This document shows positions 1 through 25,713 of a stretch of DNA of 64,000 bases, in pieces. Position 1 is the first letter of the stretch. Every line of letters begins with the position of its first letter. A program made the position numbers and the translations under genes. The DNA is from Paraspadella gotoi (lineage: Eukaryota > Animalia > Chaetognatha). Location: contig CM119267.1 in the NCBI GenBank assembly GCA_051294375.1, forward strand, positions 4,757,885 to 4,821,884, written 5' to 3'. The notes under the pieces were generated by a model. The model worked only from the letters and a program-made list of their open reading frames with translations, had not been told where the DNA came from and did not search any database.

Positions 1-654
1 GATAATATCTATAAGTAAATTGTTGTACGTTTTTTTTTGTCTCCTTTAAACTAACACAGAAAAAGGGTAAATTTCAGACGCCAATTTTAAAAAAATATTT
101 TTATCTCGATTCGCAGCGATTTTCCCTGCCTTTTTTTATATTTTTCTTTTTATTTATTTTTATCCCAAGAAGTCACTTGAGGCGTGCGCCCAATTTCGAC
201 CAGGAACTCTCTCGACTTTTTACTTCTCTTTCCGAGACGAAATTGATGAAAACGTTTAATCAACTACCCAATATAATATTGCAATGTTAACAAGAACAAT
301 TTTTAACAAGATATATTATATAGATAATAAAGTTCAATAATACTTAAGAAGGAAAAAAAAAATAATCGTATCATTAAATTGGAATTTCTTTTCGGTTTTG
401 TTTTTAAGTATAAACAAGATTTCAACTCTTGGGGGTTAACGGACTAGCAAAAAAAAAAAAAGAAGCGTGATTGTTATACATCGAAAATGCCTTTTAAAAA
501 GCGGCGAATAAAGAAAATTTCAAAAAAGGGGGAAAAAAAAAATCGATCATCGACGCGGAACGAAGAGCGATAACGCGATTCTTTTTATTGCATGCGCTAC
601 GTGCGTTTGCACGCGGATTTCTTTTTAAAGCCAAGCCCGATCGCCCTTGATCCG

Positions 655-12907
<12,253 letters not shown>

Positions 12908-13409
12908 TTTCCCGCTTTTTCTTTCTTCACCGACTTTTCCCGCGGTTTTGCTTTTTGTCCGTTATTTTCGGTCTTTTTTGTTTTTTGTTTTTTTTCGCTC
13001 GTAAACTTTTTTTTTGTTTTGAGTCGAAGAGCCGCGCCCCCTTTTTTTCTTCTTCAACGAGTTCCCTCGCGAAAAACGTCAAAATGTTTGGTGATTTCTA
13101 GGAAAAAAGGAGACGACCTTTTAACTCTTGACTACAGGGTGGTTGAGATGAACTCGAAGCTTATTCGAGTAACGATGTCGTTTGAAATCATATTTTCTGT
13201 TCATATTTTCTGACTAACAACGAAAAGAAAGAAAAAAAAATATTTGTTTTACATATAATTTCAACGAGAATTATTTTTCTTTATACTAAGATTGAGCGTT
13301 TGCACTGTAAGCCTCCTTTCGAGGGCGTTAGCTTTTCGAAAATTTCCACTCAAGTCTTTGACAAGTTCGACAAAGATTAGAACAATTCGGGGGAAATTCG
13401 ACACTAGTT

Positions 13410-13465
13410 TGACAAAAGCAGACCAAAGCTGGCAAAAGCTGGCAAAAGCTGACCGAAGCTGACAC
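13410..13465. repeat. 10-bp degenerate tandem repeat (GGCAAAAGCT-like)
   Basis: GACAAAAGCA-GACCAAAGCT-GGCAAAAGCT-GGCAAAAGCT-GACCGAAGCT. Confidence 0.7.
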
Positions 13466-13842
13466 AAAAAATGACGCAAGATGACGAGAGTCCAAAGTCG
13501 CTAACCCGACGTTCAAATTTGGTTCCGTCGTTCGCTTTCGACGCAGACCACATGTGACTGTGAAGTGTGAGGAAGATCCTTAAGGTCTCACTTCTGAGAT
13601 TTCTCCTCGTTCTCACAATTCTTCGCAAGTTGAAGTCTCACGATTTTCGATCTTTCTGTCTTTATACATGCGTGGGCGAACAAGAGGATCACTTTACAAT
13701 AATGTAACCAACTCTAATGCTATCCTTTGACGTTGTAACCGAACGGAAAAACGAATAACTAAAGAAGTTCTAATGAAAAATAACAATAGATCTATGAAAA
13801 AGTAAAGAATGAATAACCTTAACATTTGAGGACAGCAGTGTC

Positions 13843-13915
13843 GCCGAAATAGCTCAGCTGGGAGAGCGTTAGACTGAAGATCTAAAGGTCCCTGGTTCAA
13901 TCCCGGGTTTCGGCA
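13843..13915 (+). tRNA. trnF-GAA: tRNA-Phe (GAA)
   Basis: Canonical GCCGAAA…TTTCGGCA cloverleaf, anticodon arm TTAGA-CTGAAGA-TCTAA, T5 terminator at 13940-13944. Confidence 0.97.
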
Positions 13916-13980
13916 TTATTATTGCCGAGGGTTGGGTACTTTTTCGATATGTCATAATGATCTTGGACACTTAAATACAC

Positions 13981-14051
13981 GCATCGGTGGTTCAGTGGTA
14001 GAATGCTCGCCTGCCACGCGGGCGGCCCGGGTTCGATTCCCGGCCGATGCA
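13981..14051 (+). tRNA. trnG-GCC: tRNA-Gly (GCC)
   Basis: Canonical GCATCGG…CCGATGCA, anticodon loop CTGCCAC, TTCGATT T-loop, T5 terminator immediately downstream. Confidence 0.97.
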
Positions 14052-14472
14052 CCGTTTTTAATAGGCAATAAGTAATTTATATTAAAGTAAAACTGATGGT
14101 GATACTAATGGAGATACTGATAGGTAAGATTTTAATTTTTAACTCTAGAAATTTTAAGTTTAAGATAAAAAAAATGTAGCGAATGAAACCGCAAAGTCAA
14201 ACTTGAAGTCGACAGAATGTGAACTAATCTAGCAACTAAAAAAAAGTAACCTAAAAAAAAAACGTAAATACAGCAGAATAAAAAAGTATCGAACTGAAGA
14301 GAGAGTTTTGCTTCTTGGAAACGAAAATAAAAAGGCGATTCACAATCACAGCTGTGAGTATTCAAAACAAAAACGGATGACGGAGAGAAAATGTAAACGA
14401 ACAAACGATTTTGAGTTGAGAGCAGGGGCTTTATATAGCGATATAAGAATATTTAAGCCTTTTTCATTTCAA

Positions 14473-14523
<51 letters not shown>

Positions 14524-15356
14524 AACGACAAAAAAGTCGCGAAAAATTGATTTTTTGTTGAATTATTAACGCGAATTCCGTGAATTAGGGCAGGACTTTA
14601 GTCAAGGACTCAGGCATTATTGAGAGAGAGGAGAGAGAGAGAGAGAGAGAGAGCGAGAGCCGAGAGCGAGAGAGAGAGAGTGATTCAGCTTATAAGCTTT
14701 TTTTTTTCGCTTTTAATTTTGTCTTTTTTCTTCAATTTTTCTTTCCGTTTTTTATAAATTCTTTTCTAAAAGACAAAACGATTAATTGGCTCAAAAATGG
14801 CGACCTGTCCTTTTGAAGAGACAAAAAGGAAATTTGAAACCGCAACACTTTTATTGATTCGAGATAAGAATTAGTGACGCGTCTCGGCGATGCGTCAGTG
14901 GGCGTGTGAAAGATACTGGGTTACTTTCACATTTGGAGGGAGGCCACGGGGAGGAGGGGGAGGAGAATAAAATAAAAAAGATTAAAAAAGATTAAAAAAG
15001 ATTAAATAGCGAAACAAGTAATTTTACAATTTTCATAAAATATAGAAATTTTAAGTTGTGATTTAATCGTACATTATATAAACCAAATAAAATTAGATAT
15101 AATTTGAAAGTTAATTAATATCCGTGATAATGAAACATTCAAACGTTAAACAAATAAGAAACGAAAGCTAAACCTGTTGAGCGAACCCCCTCCCGCTGTT
15201 TGTTGATTGTTTATGTTTTTATTTTGTTTTTTTCGTTTTACGCCGAAAACATTTTTTAAAAAAAACGCACTGGTCGTTTTTCGTCGTCTTTCGTGATTAA
15301 CGTCGAGTCACGAAAAAAAAAATATGTGAACTTAGTTTGAACCGAGAATTTCCGTA

Positions 15357-15392
<36 letters not shown>

Positions 15393-15677
15393 CGATCCTT
15401 TTCGATCTTTTCTAAAAAAGAGTAACTAACTGTAGGCTCCGTTTTTTTAATGCCCAAAAACAGTCAAGGCTCGGGAGCTAGACACGACGACGACGACGAC
15501 GACGACCTCGACGACACGAACAAGAGACGGACGAAGAAGAGCAGAAAGAAAGATTTAAATATTTGCTTTAGCCATTCTTATCTTTTAAAAAGACCTCCTC
15601 GAATTTGTTTATAGGAAAAAAAAGTCTGGTGAATCGTGGCATTCGTTCCCTCTCTCGATATGGAGAGAGAGAAAAAG

Positions 15678-15772
<95 letters not shown>

Positions 15773-16894
15773 GGATAATTTGTGAAAGTTTGAAAAATCG
15801 AAAGCAGGTCACGTTACCCGAATCTTGTGAGTTGAATTTAAAACTTCGTCTGTACAATTTTAAAACAAAAAAAACTTTGAAATACAAATTTTTTTTTTTT
15901 TGCATTCAGTAAACCGAGCAAAGTTAAGTCAACAATGTCATTTTCAAAAACGTCATTCGTGATGATGAACCCACTTGACAATTGATAAGAAAAAAAATCT
16001 TCTCATTTCCTTTATTGTTTTTACTAATTCATAGTCACGTGTCGAATTAACATCTTTAGTAGAAATTAGTTGACGTAATTCAATTGTTTCAAAAATAATT
16101 AAAAAAACCGTAATGTGATCCAAACACTATTGTCATAGTTCGAAAGATTATTAATCAGTTAAAGAGCAATCATAACAACAACGTCAACAAAAAGAACGAC
16201 GACGACAACAACGACAATAAGAAGAAGAACAACGACGTCAACCACGACAACAACAAAAAGACGTAGCTCACGCAGCCAGAAAAACCATAAACCATGAAAC
16301 GAACTGATTAATAAAACCGCGCAAACATCCACAGGGCGTCGCGTGAGATGATTAATCCGGAAAATTCATGAGGTCATAAAAATTTTGGGCAAAGTTCTAA
16401 CCTTTTTCCTCTTAGTTCGCCCCCCCCCCAAAAAAAAAAGAGCGAGGAACGATTTTCTGCGCCGCTAGAGGCGCTTTAATGACGGAGAGTCGTGAGAAAG
16501 CGGCGTCACACGGCGAACAGAACTCTTTTTAGGGTATTTGTGATTAAGTTGTTAATTAAATTGTTTTTCAACTATACAACCGGCAAACTGTGAAGTTATT
16601 AGTACCACTTTTAGTGGTTTTAACAATTAACAAAGTGTCGTCAGTCATTTTGCGTTTTACACCTGCGTACTTGAACGGAAGTTGACGTTTACCCTAACAC
16701 GAGGTTATTCTCCCTTCTAGAATAATTTAAATGTCATGTAAGTATTATTTTTGAAACCAATTACTCATCATAAATTAGTAGTGTTTGGAAAAAATATAAA
16801 ACATGTAGCAACCCATAGTGGACGTGGCATTGCTAACCATTGTTTGATATCATACTTCATTACCCCGGGGTCACATCGTTGAATCTGTCCTTCA

Positions 16895-16971
<77 letters not shown>

Positions 16972-17711
16972 TCTCTCTCTCTTTATCTCTCTCTCTCATA
17001 CTTCATCATCATTCTTCCTTGTTCGACATCATTGCACCGTAAGCCAATTTCAAATCACTGAAGTCTATCCAACCTTTTCTGATTATTTTCAATGATTTTC
17101 TTTTCTCTGATGGATTTCTTTTCGCTCGCGTAATTTCTCTTATCGTCTCATCATTTTTTTCGTTCGGTTCCGATCGCTCACCCATCCTTATCCAATTCCT
17201 TACCTTCGCAGCAGATTTCTGTTATTCTCTTTCGATTATCGGCGCAACTTAGTATTTGACCCTTTTCCGCTAACAAAGTTTCAGCGCCGCTGTCGCAGCC
17301 ACTGCCGCTGCCGCTGCCGCTACAGACTCCTCAGCACCGGCATCATCTCCCCTTCGATTCTCGCAAAGTTCCTATCGATTTCCCCGAAGGCGAGTCCCTA
17401 GTTATGGATCACGTGGTCACGACCCTTGACCACTTCCGGAGGCGTGACATCCAGGGCGTGACCTTTTTGTCACGACCTCAACCCTGACCCCTCAAACTTC
17501 TCAGTGACATGACGTCGGCTGTAAGTCCACTCGTCCGTCACTTATCGGTGGACGCCGCGTCAAATCTCTTTCCAACGCCGCTTCGCGCGTAGTAGGCCTT
17601 TCCTTCGTCTTTCTTCGCCAATCCTCTGCAATCTCTTTTCCCTCCTTCATATTTAGTCGCGTCATTTACATCATTATGTCATTGCTACTTTGATGCCATA
17701 CTAATCACATT

Positions 17712-17895
17712 TACAACCAATATAAAATTATCCATTCATTTAATAAATTTTGCCTCTGACTTTGGACAGGCTATGAAATTTTAAGGCCTCCATCACTCTT
17801 ACAAGATAACATAGCAGGTCCCTGCAAGCTTTCAATCAAGACTCTCTCACAGTCCAGTTAATTCACTCCCAGAGTACCTGGCTTCCCTATCAATG
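17712..17895 (+). repeat. Copy of an abundant dispersed repeat family
   Basis: The core CACTCTTACAAGATAACATAGCAGGTCCCTGCAAGCTTTCAATCAAGACTCTCTCACAGTC recurs at ~23540-23725(-), ~23990-24175(-), ~35390-35480, ~36920-37140, ~43280-43360 and ~63670-63712(-). Confidence 0.8.
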
Positions 17896-18510
17896 ACGTG
17901 ACAAATTTCAAAGTATGAGCATGTTTCAATTGTCATTTTTACTTTGGTGCATGGCGTTCCCAATTTTCCACTTTTCCCAAATCCCTCACTCAAAAACTTT
18001 TCTCACGACCTTTGTCATTTTCTGCTCCTCTCTACGTCAAAGGCTTTCGCTCCAGCAACCCTCTGCTCCTCTAATTTCCTCTGCTCCTCTAATAATTCCC
18101 TTTTCCTCGATGCCAGCCCCAAAGATCACTCCCCCCTTCCTCCTCCTCCTCATCTTACCACCTCCCTACCCCCCCAGCCCCCCCTTAAGCATTTCCGAGA
18201 AATGATTTCTCCGTCGATGACGTCGTTTTCGTTCGACTTCCGGTTATGAGTCTCGTTTTCTCCGCCGACCGAGATTCAGTTGGACGCCACGAGAGGCGCC
18301 AGGTGCTAGCGCCGAGATTGGCGCCGCGGGGGAATGGCGAGAATGTGGGCGTGGCGGCTAAAATGTGGTCGTGGCTGAGGAAATGAAGGCTGATCTAAGG
18401 ATTTTGATAAATAGTCGGTCGAGGTCGGAAGGTGTCAGTACGATTGAGAATAGCGAGAAGAAGAACTTTGATGAACTGTGGCAACGCTTCTCTCTCTCTT
18501 CTCTCCTCTC

Positions 18511-18578
<68 letters not shown>

Positions 18579-18942
18579 CCCTTTCACTCTGACGAGAGAG
18601 CACTTACTAAGTAAGATCGTCATTTTTTTGTTTTTGAGTTTATTTATAAAGCGTAAATTTAAAAAGCCTGATGCTCTTACGTAGAGAGACACTTTTAACC
18701 AAAAAAAAAAAGAAAAAAAAAGAAAAAAAATTGAACTTTTATCAAGAATTAAAGAAAAAATAATCTAATTTTTGATTTTCAATGATATATATATCTTTTT
18801 TTCCCATAGCGCGTCGCCGGGCAATCTTCAAAAAACCAGTTCTCTTTCTTCGTCTTTTGATTAACGAAAGGCCAATGCCCTTGTTCCCCGTGGTTAGGGT
18901 CAATGACAAGAGGTCACCGGAGAAAATGGAGAGAGAGAAGAA

Positions 18943-19005
<63 letters not shown>

Positions 19006-19273
19006 AGAGAGAGAGAGAGAGAGAGTGATCTTTGATGAGAAATCGTCGAGCGTGGTGTCCTTTTGAAATAGAGGCCTCTTGCGGTCAGAGACTTTAATCC
19101 TTTCTCTTGTTTATTTGTTTCTATATAATATATATTACATATTATATATTAAGGAAGTGTTCCAGTAAGTGAAACAGTTAAAAAATGTTTATCTCTTCAT
19201 TGATAGGAAGGGCAAGCAATCTGGGAGTTAATAAATTAGACTGTGAGCGACTCTTGATTAAAGGTTTGCAGGG

Positions 19274-19884
19274 TAAGGCGTAGTGAAAGTTACATACGAA
19301 AATTCTAAATGTCAATTATGAACAACATACCATCAGTGAATATTAATATGTAAAAAAATTAATTTTATGTGTTTTAATTTTCGCAGTAGGCTATATTTAT
19401 ATATAGTACTATTCTTATAAAATCGAAAAATTTCAAAATATGCTTTTCTTAATTTTGATTGCAGATTTGAATTCCTCGTCAAAAGTTGATAAAAGAAAAT
19501 ATAAATCATTTTTAAAAATTCTTTCATTAAGTGGGTTAAAAATTAAAAAAACTACATTTAATATATAAAAAATTAATTTTCAGCTTAAAATATAGCTTTT
19601 TCTAATTTTTGACCCACTTAATGAAGGAATTTTTCAAAAAGAGTTATATTTCTTTATATCAACTTTTTATGACGAATCCAAATCTGCAAAAATTTTTTAG
19701 AAAAAACTGTTTTGAAATTTTAATATTTATTGGATTAGTACTAGTATAAATATGGCCTACTGCGTAAGTTGTAAAATTTATTATAAATTTTTTTATTACA
19801 TAAATGTTTATTAGTATAATGTTGTTCATTCCTCACTTTTAGAATTTTAATTAAAGTTAAATTTAGAAATTTTACTACGCCTTA
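19274..19884 (+). mobile_element. Non-autonomous hAT-type MITE (611 bp)
   Basis: TIRs TAAGGCGTAGT/ACTACGCCTTA (fit the hAT YARNG start), 8-bp TSD TTGCAGGG on both sides, internal imperfect palindrome. Confidence 0.9.
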
Positions 19885-20505
19885 TTGCAGGGTCTCGCCA
19901 TGAAATTCGTACATCAATTCAATTAATAAATAATGTTATTATCTTCTTTGAGGGATGGATGCCTTCACCCACTAGCTTGTTTATTGCATGAATAAATAAT
20001 AATATTATTTTATAATTTTATAATATTATTAATATTGGTTCTACCAATTTCATACCTAAACATCTTCTGCCATGACCAGTTGACCACTGTGCAAAATGTG
20101 CATTGTGCACTAGGTAATGTGTACTACGTAAATTCAGAATTCAAGTCGCAAGAGAATCTCGAAGAATAATGATCATTTTCTAGCGACAGAAAAGAACAAT
20201 CGTAAACATTTCACTTCCCCCCCTTCTCGCTTCGCCGATTCCCAGTAACCATGGAAACGGAGCTTCATTAAGAAAAACATTGTTTTCTAATCGTGTTTAC
20301 TTTTCCGTTAACGACTGACTTCGTTTCGCCGCAAAAGAAAATGTCGACGTCTGCATAATTTATCTCAGGCGAGTCGTTAAGTTTCCTCCGGCCGGCGTGA
20401 GTCGGAGGCGATAATTGAAATCCGGGGGTCGGATAATTATCATCAAATTGCTCAACCATTGTTGCCTATTTGCTCTGTCTGTCTGTTTCTCATCAAGTCC
20501 TCTCT

Positions 20506-20587
<82 letters not shown>

Positions 20588-20682
20588 TCTCTCTTCCTCT
20601 CTCTCTCCCCCACTCTCCCCCATTACTCTCATTCGGAATCTCGTCTCTTCTCCGATTCTCATTTATTTCCGCGCGACGCCGC

Positions 20683-21000
20683 ACAAGTACCGTCACGCCG
20701 TACCAAGCACCGCGACGCCGCACCAAACACGCGACGCCGTACCAAGCACTAGTCACGCCGTACCAAGCACCGCGACGTCGGACCAAGCACCGCAACGCCG
20801 CCACACAAACACCGCGACGCCGTTACCAAGCACCGCGAGGCCGTACCAAGCACCGTCACCCGGTATCAAGCAACCGCGACGCCGCACCTATCACGTCACG
20901 CCGTACCAAGCACCGTCACGCCGCACCAACACCGCCGAGCGTACCAAGCACCGCGACGCCGTACCAAGCACGTCACGGCCGTACCAAGCAGCGCGTCGTC
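20683..21000. repeat. GC-rich minisatellite, ~20-bp unit CGTACCAAGCACCGCGACGC
   Basis: About 16 degenerate tandem copies. Confidence 0.92.
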
Positions 21001-21204
21001 CCGGCCAAGCAGTATCCAGCGCGGCATAAGAAGCGATAATTAATCCGCCTTGCGACATTTCTGGTCCCAAACGGCGACGGAGATCTCGTCAACGGAGATA
21101 ACGCCTCAAAGCGGCGCCACGAGCCGGCGGCGCCTATACCCTCCCCCTTCTTCCCCCTTTCTCTAATTCGGCGTCTTCCCCGTTCCGGTCGCCGTTCACG
21201 AAGC

Positions 21205-21276
<72 letters not shown>
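21205..21276. repeat. (CCG)n trinucleotide repeat
   Basis: About 24 perfect copies. Confidence 0.95.
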
Positions 21277-21278
<2 letters not shown>

Positions 21279-21581
21279 TTCGGCCTGCGATGAAGAAACG
21301 TGGCCGATTCGCGATGCCCGACGCCGTTCGGGTTTTTGGCGGGAAATAGGCGCCGTTATTCGGTGGATGAGAAGACGAAGGCGGAAATTTGCTGACGCGA
21401 TTGTACGTAGGTACGTACAAGACGACGACGACGATGACGATAACGACGACGACAACGGAAGCGGCTGTCAAGACTAACATTTTGTTCCTGAGGAAAAAAA
21501 AACAACTTTATGTACCACGGTCATTCAGTACAAAAGACGATGGTTGTCAAAATTAACGGGATTTACGAAGACGGTGGTGTT

Positions 21582-21613
<32 letters not shown>

Positions 21614-22119
21614 TGTTAACGACGACAAAAAAGAAAGATTTTGTCTTTGTCTCTTCATAGCCACTAATGATGATACAAAAATATAAGTCGACATATTTAG
21701 AAAAGAAAAAAAAACTTTTGTTTTCTCTCTTGCACGCTGCATAGTAAATAATGCACTCGCACATATACTCAATACTGAAAATTAATGCTAAATCTACTTA
21801 ACTGTAATGCCGTAACAAAAGAGACATTATGTATCGACGTTAACGCCGACAAAATAAGCGGGAACCTACGTTGCAATAAAAAAAAGAGAGACGATTGCTT
21901 AGTCGACGACTACGACTCCCGAGAGACGGTCCGAAAGAAAGACATTGTTTTGCAGAAGCCCCGGTCGGAGCGCTTGTCTTTTCGAGGTCACGGGTTCAAT
22001 TCCATCTCAATACATTACGAGAGAGTTCATCGGAAAACGGGGAAGAGTCGCCGAAGTCGTCGGGACTACATTAAACCTACAATGAACGGAGAAAAATCAA
22101 AGAAAGAGTCGAGTGAAAA

Positions 22120-22556
22120 TTGGGTCGAGTGACTATTGGGTAGATTGACTATTGGTCAAGTGACTATTGGGTCCAATGACTATTGAGTTTATTGACTATT
22201 GGGTCGATTGACTATTGGTCAAGTGACTATTGTGTCGAGTGACTATTTTGAGTCGAGTGACTATTTTGGGTCGAGTGACTATTGGTTCTAGTAACTATAT
22301 TGGGTTGAGTGAAAATTTTTGGTTGAGTGACTATTGAGTCGAGTGACTATTGGGTTGAGTGACTATTGGGTTGAGTGACTGTTGGGTTGAATGATTATTG
22401 GGTCAAGTGACTATTGGGTCAAGTGATTATCAGGTTTGGTGACTATTGTGTCAAGTGACAATTGTGTCAAGTGACTTTTGTTTCAAGTGACTATTGTGTC
22501 AAGTGACTATTGGGCCGAGTAACTATCAGGTTGAGTGACTAATTGACTATAGGGTC
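22120..22556. repeat. Minisatellite, ~16-bp unit GAGTGACTATTGGGTC
   Basis: About 27 degenerate tandem copies without spacers. Confidence 0.93.
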
Positions 22557-23273
22557 AATCAAGCGGGTTGGGAGCCGGAGGGCGGAACGGATTCTGTCTG
22601 CGAGGAAACGGATTGGAGGTTCGATGATTAATGATGAAGAAAGAGGAGAAAAGATATTGGGGTGTGACTAGTGATTAATAAGGTGGACTGTGTGTGAATG
22701 GTGATTGGAATGGGGTTCTGTGACTGATTGACAAGGGATTCCGTGGGTGAATTAGTGGGTGAAAAAGTGAACAGTGAGTAAATGGTGATTTAAAAGGGGT
22801 TCAGTGACAGACTGATGACTGTCAATAAAAAAAAGGAGACAGTGACTGAAGGGGTGATTAATAAACAGTTTAGTGAAGGACGGGCTGACTATTGTTTTAT
22901 AAGGGGTCAATGAGTGACTGGTAATAAATAAATGGTCAGTGGGTGACGAAAAACACAACAAAATTCCTCTGTTTCTTCATCGACCCGTTTTTCTTCTGCT
23001 CATCGAGACTGAGTCATTGGCGAACTGCAATAACGACGATGGCGACGACGAAAACGACGACGACAGAGAGGGAGACGTCCTCACAAAGATCAAGCCGATG
23101 GCACAGCAACAACAACGACAACGACAACCGGAAGGGAAAACGGCTCAGCTAACGACGACGACGACGACGGGGACGACGACCGCCAATAAGAGGATCGTCA
23201 TGGCTGAGCAGGTGAATGGTCGTTTTGCGCTTTAGAGAAAAGAGGGAACGAGGAAAGAGCGCGTAACGACATT

Positions 23274-23382
23274 CGGAATTGTGTGGAATTCTGAATGCGG
23301 AATTTAGGAATTCTGAATACGGAATTGTGTGGAATTCTAAATGCGGAATTGTGGCGGGAGATTCAGAAAATTGCGCGGGAAT
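23274..23382. repeat. Short tandem repeat CGGAATTGTGTGGAATTCTGAATG-like
   Basis: Repeated GGAATT units. Confidence 0.7.
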
Positions 23383-24898
23383 AGAAAGATGCTTAGGTTT
23401 GCTGGAGCAAGTGGGACGTCAGCCTTTTGGCATTTTATTAATTTCTTCTTCTTTCTCTCTTTTTCTCTTTTTTTTTATTTTCCTCTATTCTCTGTTTTTC
23501 TATATTAATCTCTTTCCTTCTTTATCCTACCATAATGCCTACCTAAGGAACCAGACTGTGAGAGTATCTTGAGTGAGATCTAGCAGGGTACTGCTGTGTT
23601 ACAAGAAGGATGGAAGCCTTAACCAAATATAGCATGTACAATGTCCACTGTTCAAAGTGAGGGTCAAGATAGCTTATTTATTGAACAAATTGATAATTTC
23701 ATATTTGTTGTACCAATTTCATGTTGAAAAAAGTGGTTGCTATGATGATTTAAGTTCAATTGTTTACGATTTCTACCAAAGTTAGAGAAGGTAATTTCCA
23801 AGATCTCTCGCTTCCCAACAAAAAAAGGGTTGGAACTTGAAGGAAAGAAAACGGATTTTTCTTCTTCTGAATTTCGACGTTTATTGTTTTTTCTTTCATC
23901 CGAAAGAAAAAAACAGAAAATTGAGTTTTTCGAGAAAAAAAACTTTTTTTCCTGAAGATGCTTTTTTTTTCGTATGTCATTCCTGTATAATACTCTGGGA
24001 GTGAATAAACGAGACTGTAAGAGAGTCTTGATTGAAAGCTTGCAGGGACTTGCTATGTCATTATCTTGTAAGAGTGATGGAGGCCTTAAACCACCAAAGC
24101 CTGTCCAAAGTCAGGGACAAGATAGGTTATTTATTAAATGAATGGATAATTTTTATATTGGTTGTACCAATTTCATACATTGTACAGAGGTTATTGAGAA
24201 AAAACATAACAGTTAAAAAAACTCCCCTTAAATTGTGGGCCTTATTTATTATTAAAGATCAGGTTAAAGTTTTGGGTTATGGATTAGGAACTAGTGTTTA
24301 AGACTGGGGACTTGGGTTAGGGATTAGGTCAGGATTAGGGATTAAGGTTTGGGATTAAAGTTAAAGATTGAGTTTGTTAATAGCTTAGGATTAAATATCA
24401 AATTTAAAAATATTCATTAAGAAACAAAAAATGAACTCATTGGGAAAAGAGAGCGAAATTGTGCCTCGCCGAAAAGGTAAGTTTTGAAGTTCACCGAGTG
24501 CAGATTTATGAAAACCTTGAATGAAAAACCAGAATCGTTTAGACGAGATTTGGGACAAAAATTGGGTTTTAACCAATAAACCTAACAACCAAAGAAACCT
24601 AAAGACCCAAATACAAAATATGTGAACTTATTAACCCACCCGTCGTCTCTGTACTCTAAAAGAATTATTGATGAACAAATTAATTGGTGTTTTCTTTTAT
24701 TCTATTCTTAAGGGGACCAAGTGACCAGGGGCGGTAAAAAGCTGAAAGCATAACGTTTGATCCTTTAAATTAAGCTGGTTCTGACCATATCATTCTTTCT
24801 TCTGTAATCAGCTAGCCTAATTTTCTTTAAAAAATTGGTAAGAAGAAAATCCTTTTCAAGTTTAAATTATTTTTTTTTAATTGTACTGAGAATAAATA

Positions 24899-25713
24899 CA
24901 GTATGTCCCAATGGTACTGTCTGTTAAGAAAAGCTTACTGCTCCTATACCAGATCGAAAAACTTTAATTCATTATAATGAATATGCGCACAAATATAACC
25001 ATTTTATAGGATACCTAAATTTAAAAAATGAACAAAGCAAACTCCTGTAGTTATTACATAAAGCAATTGATAAACATTTTTTTTAGGGATTTTTAAAAAA
25101 ATATTCTTAAATTATACATTTTTTAATATTTATCAAATATTTTTTATAATATTAATAAAATAATGTTTTAAATCTTTTCTTTAGATGCAGGACAGTAAGA
25201 AACTACCACATATTTTTAGCTCCAGAGCTTTTATAATGCAGTAATCATTATTTTTAAACTTATCTACTTACCTTGTTCATATTACTTTTTGAATTGATTT
25301 AATAATAAATTATTGAATAAATAGCAACCATTTTGTTCTGACTTAATATTCAATTTCAAATAATAAAATTTAAATATCAAATTAATTGGCATATTTTTAT
25401 CAATTTTTACATTTTTTTAATATTTGTTTATTTCTTTTAAATTTAAATTAAAATTTAAATAATTTATATCTATTTAAAATATTTTTTATGAAATTTTTTT
25501 AATAAAATTTATTTTAAAATTAAAAAAGTGAGAAATAAGGACTCATTTAAATTGAATGTTTTGTGAAGAAAAATTAATAAAAATTGAATTCAAAATATAG
25601 TATCATAAACGGTAAGAACTTATTTTTGACATTGTTATCTGAGAAATAACATTTAATAACACAGTTCCGCACAATATGTAAAAGTTAACCGACAGTACCA
25701 TTGGGACACACTG
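24899..25713. mobile_element. Tc1/mariner-type MITE (815 bp)
   Basis: TIRs CAGTATGTCCCAATGGTACTGTCTGTTAA / TTAACCGACAGTACCATTGGGACACACTG, flanked by TA on both sides. Confidence 0.88.

Noticed and set aside
15174-15195. 22-nt micro-exon as an alternative innexin 5' exon
   Set aside because: There is no polypyrimidine tract, and exon 12831-12907 already supplies the ATG and DDxxDR motif.
22120-22556. Regular repeats resembling a CRISPR array (also 20683-21000)
   Set aside because: The units are contiguous with no unique spacers, there are no cas genes and the context is eukaryotic, so these are minisatellites.
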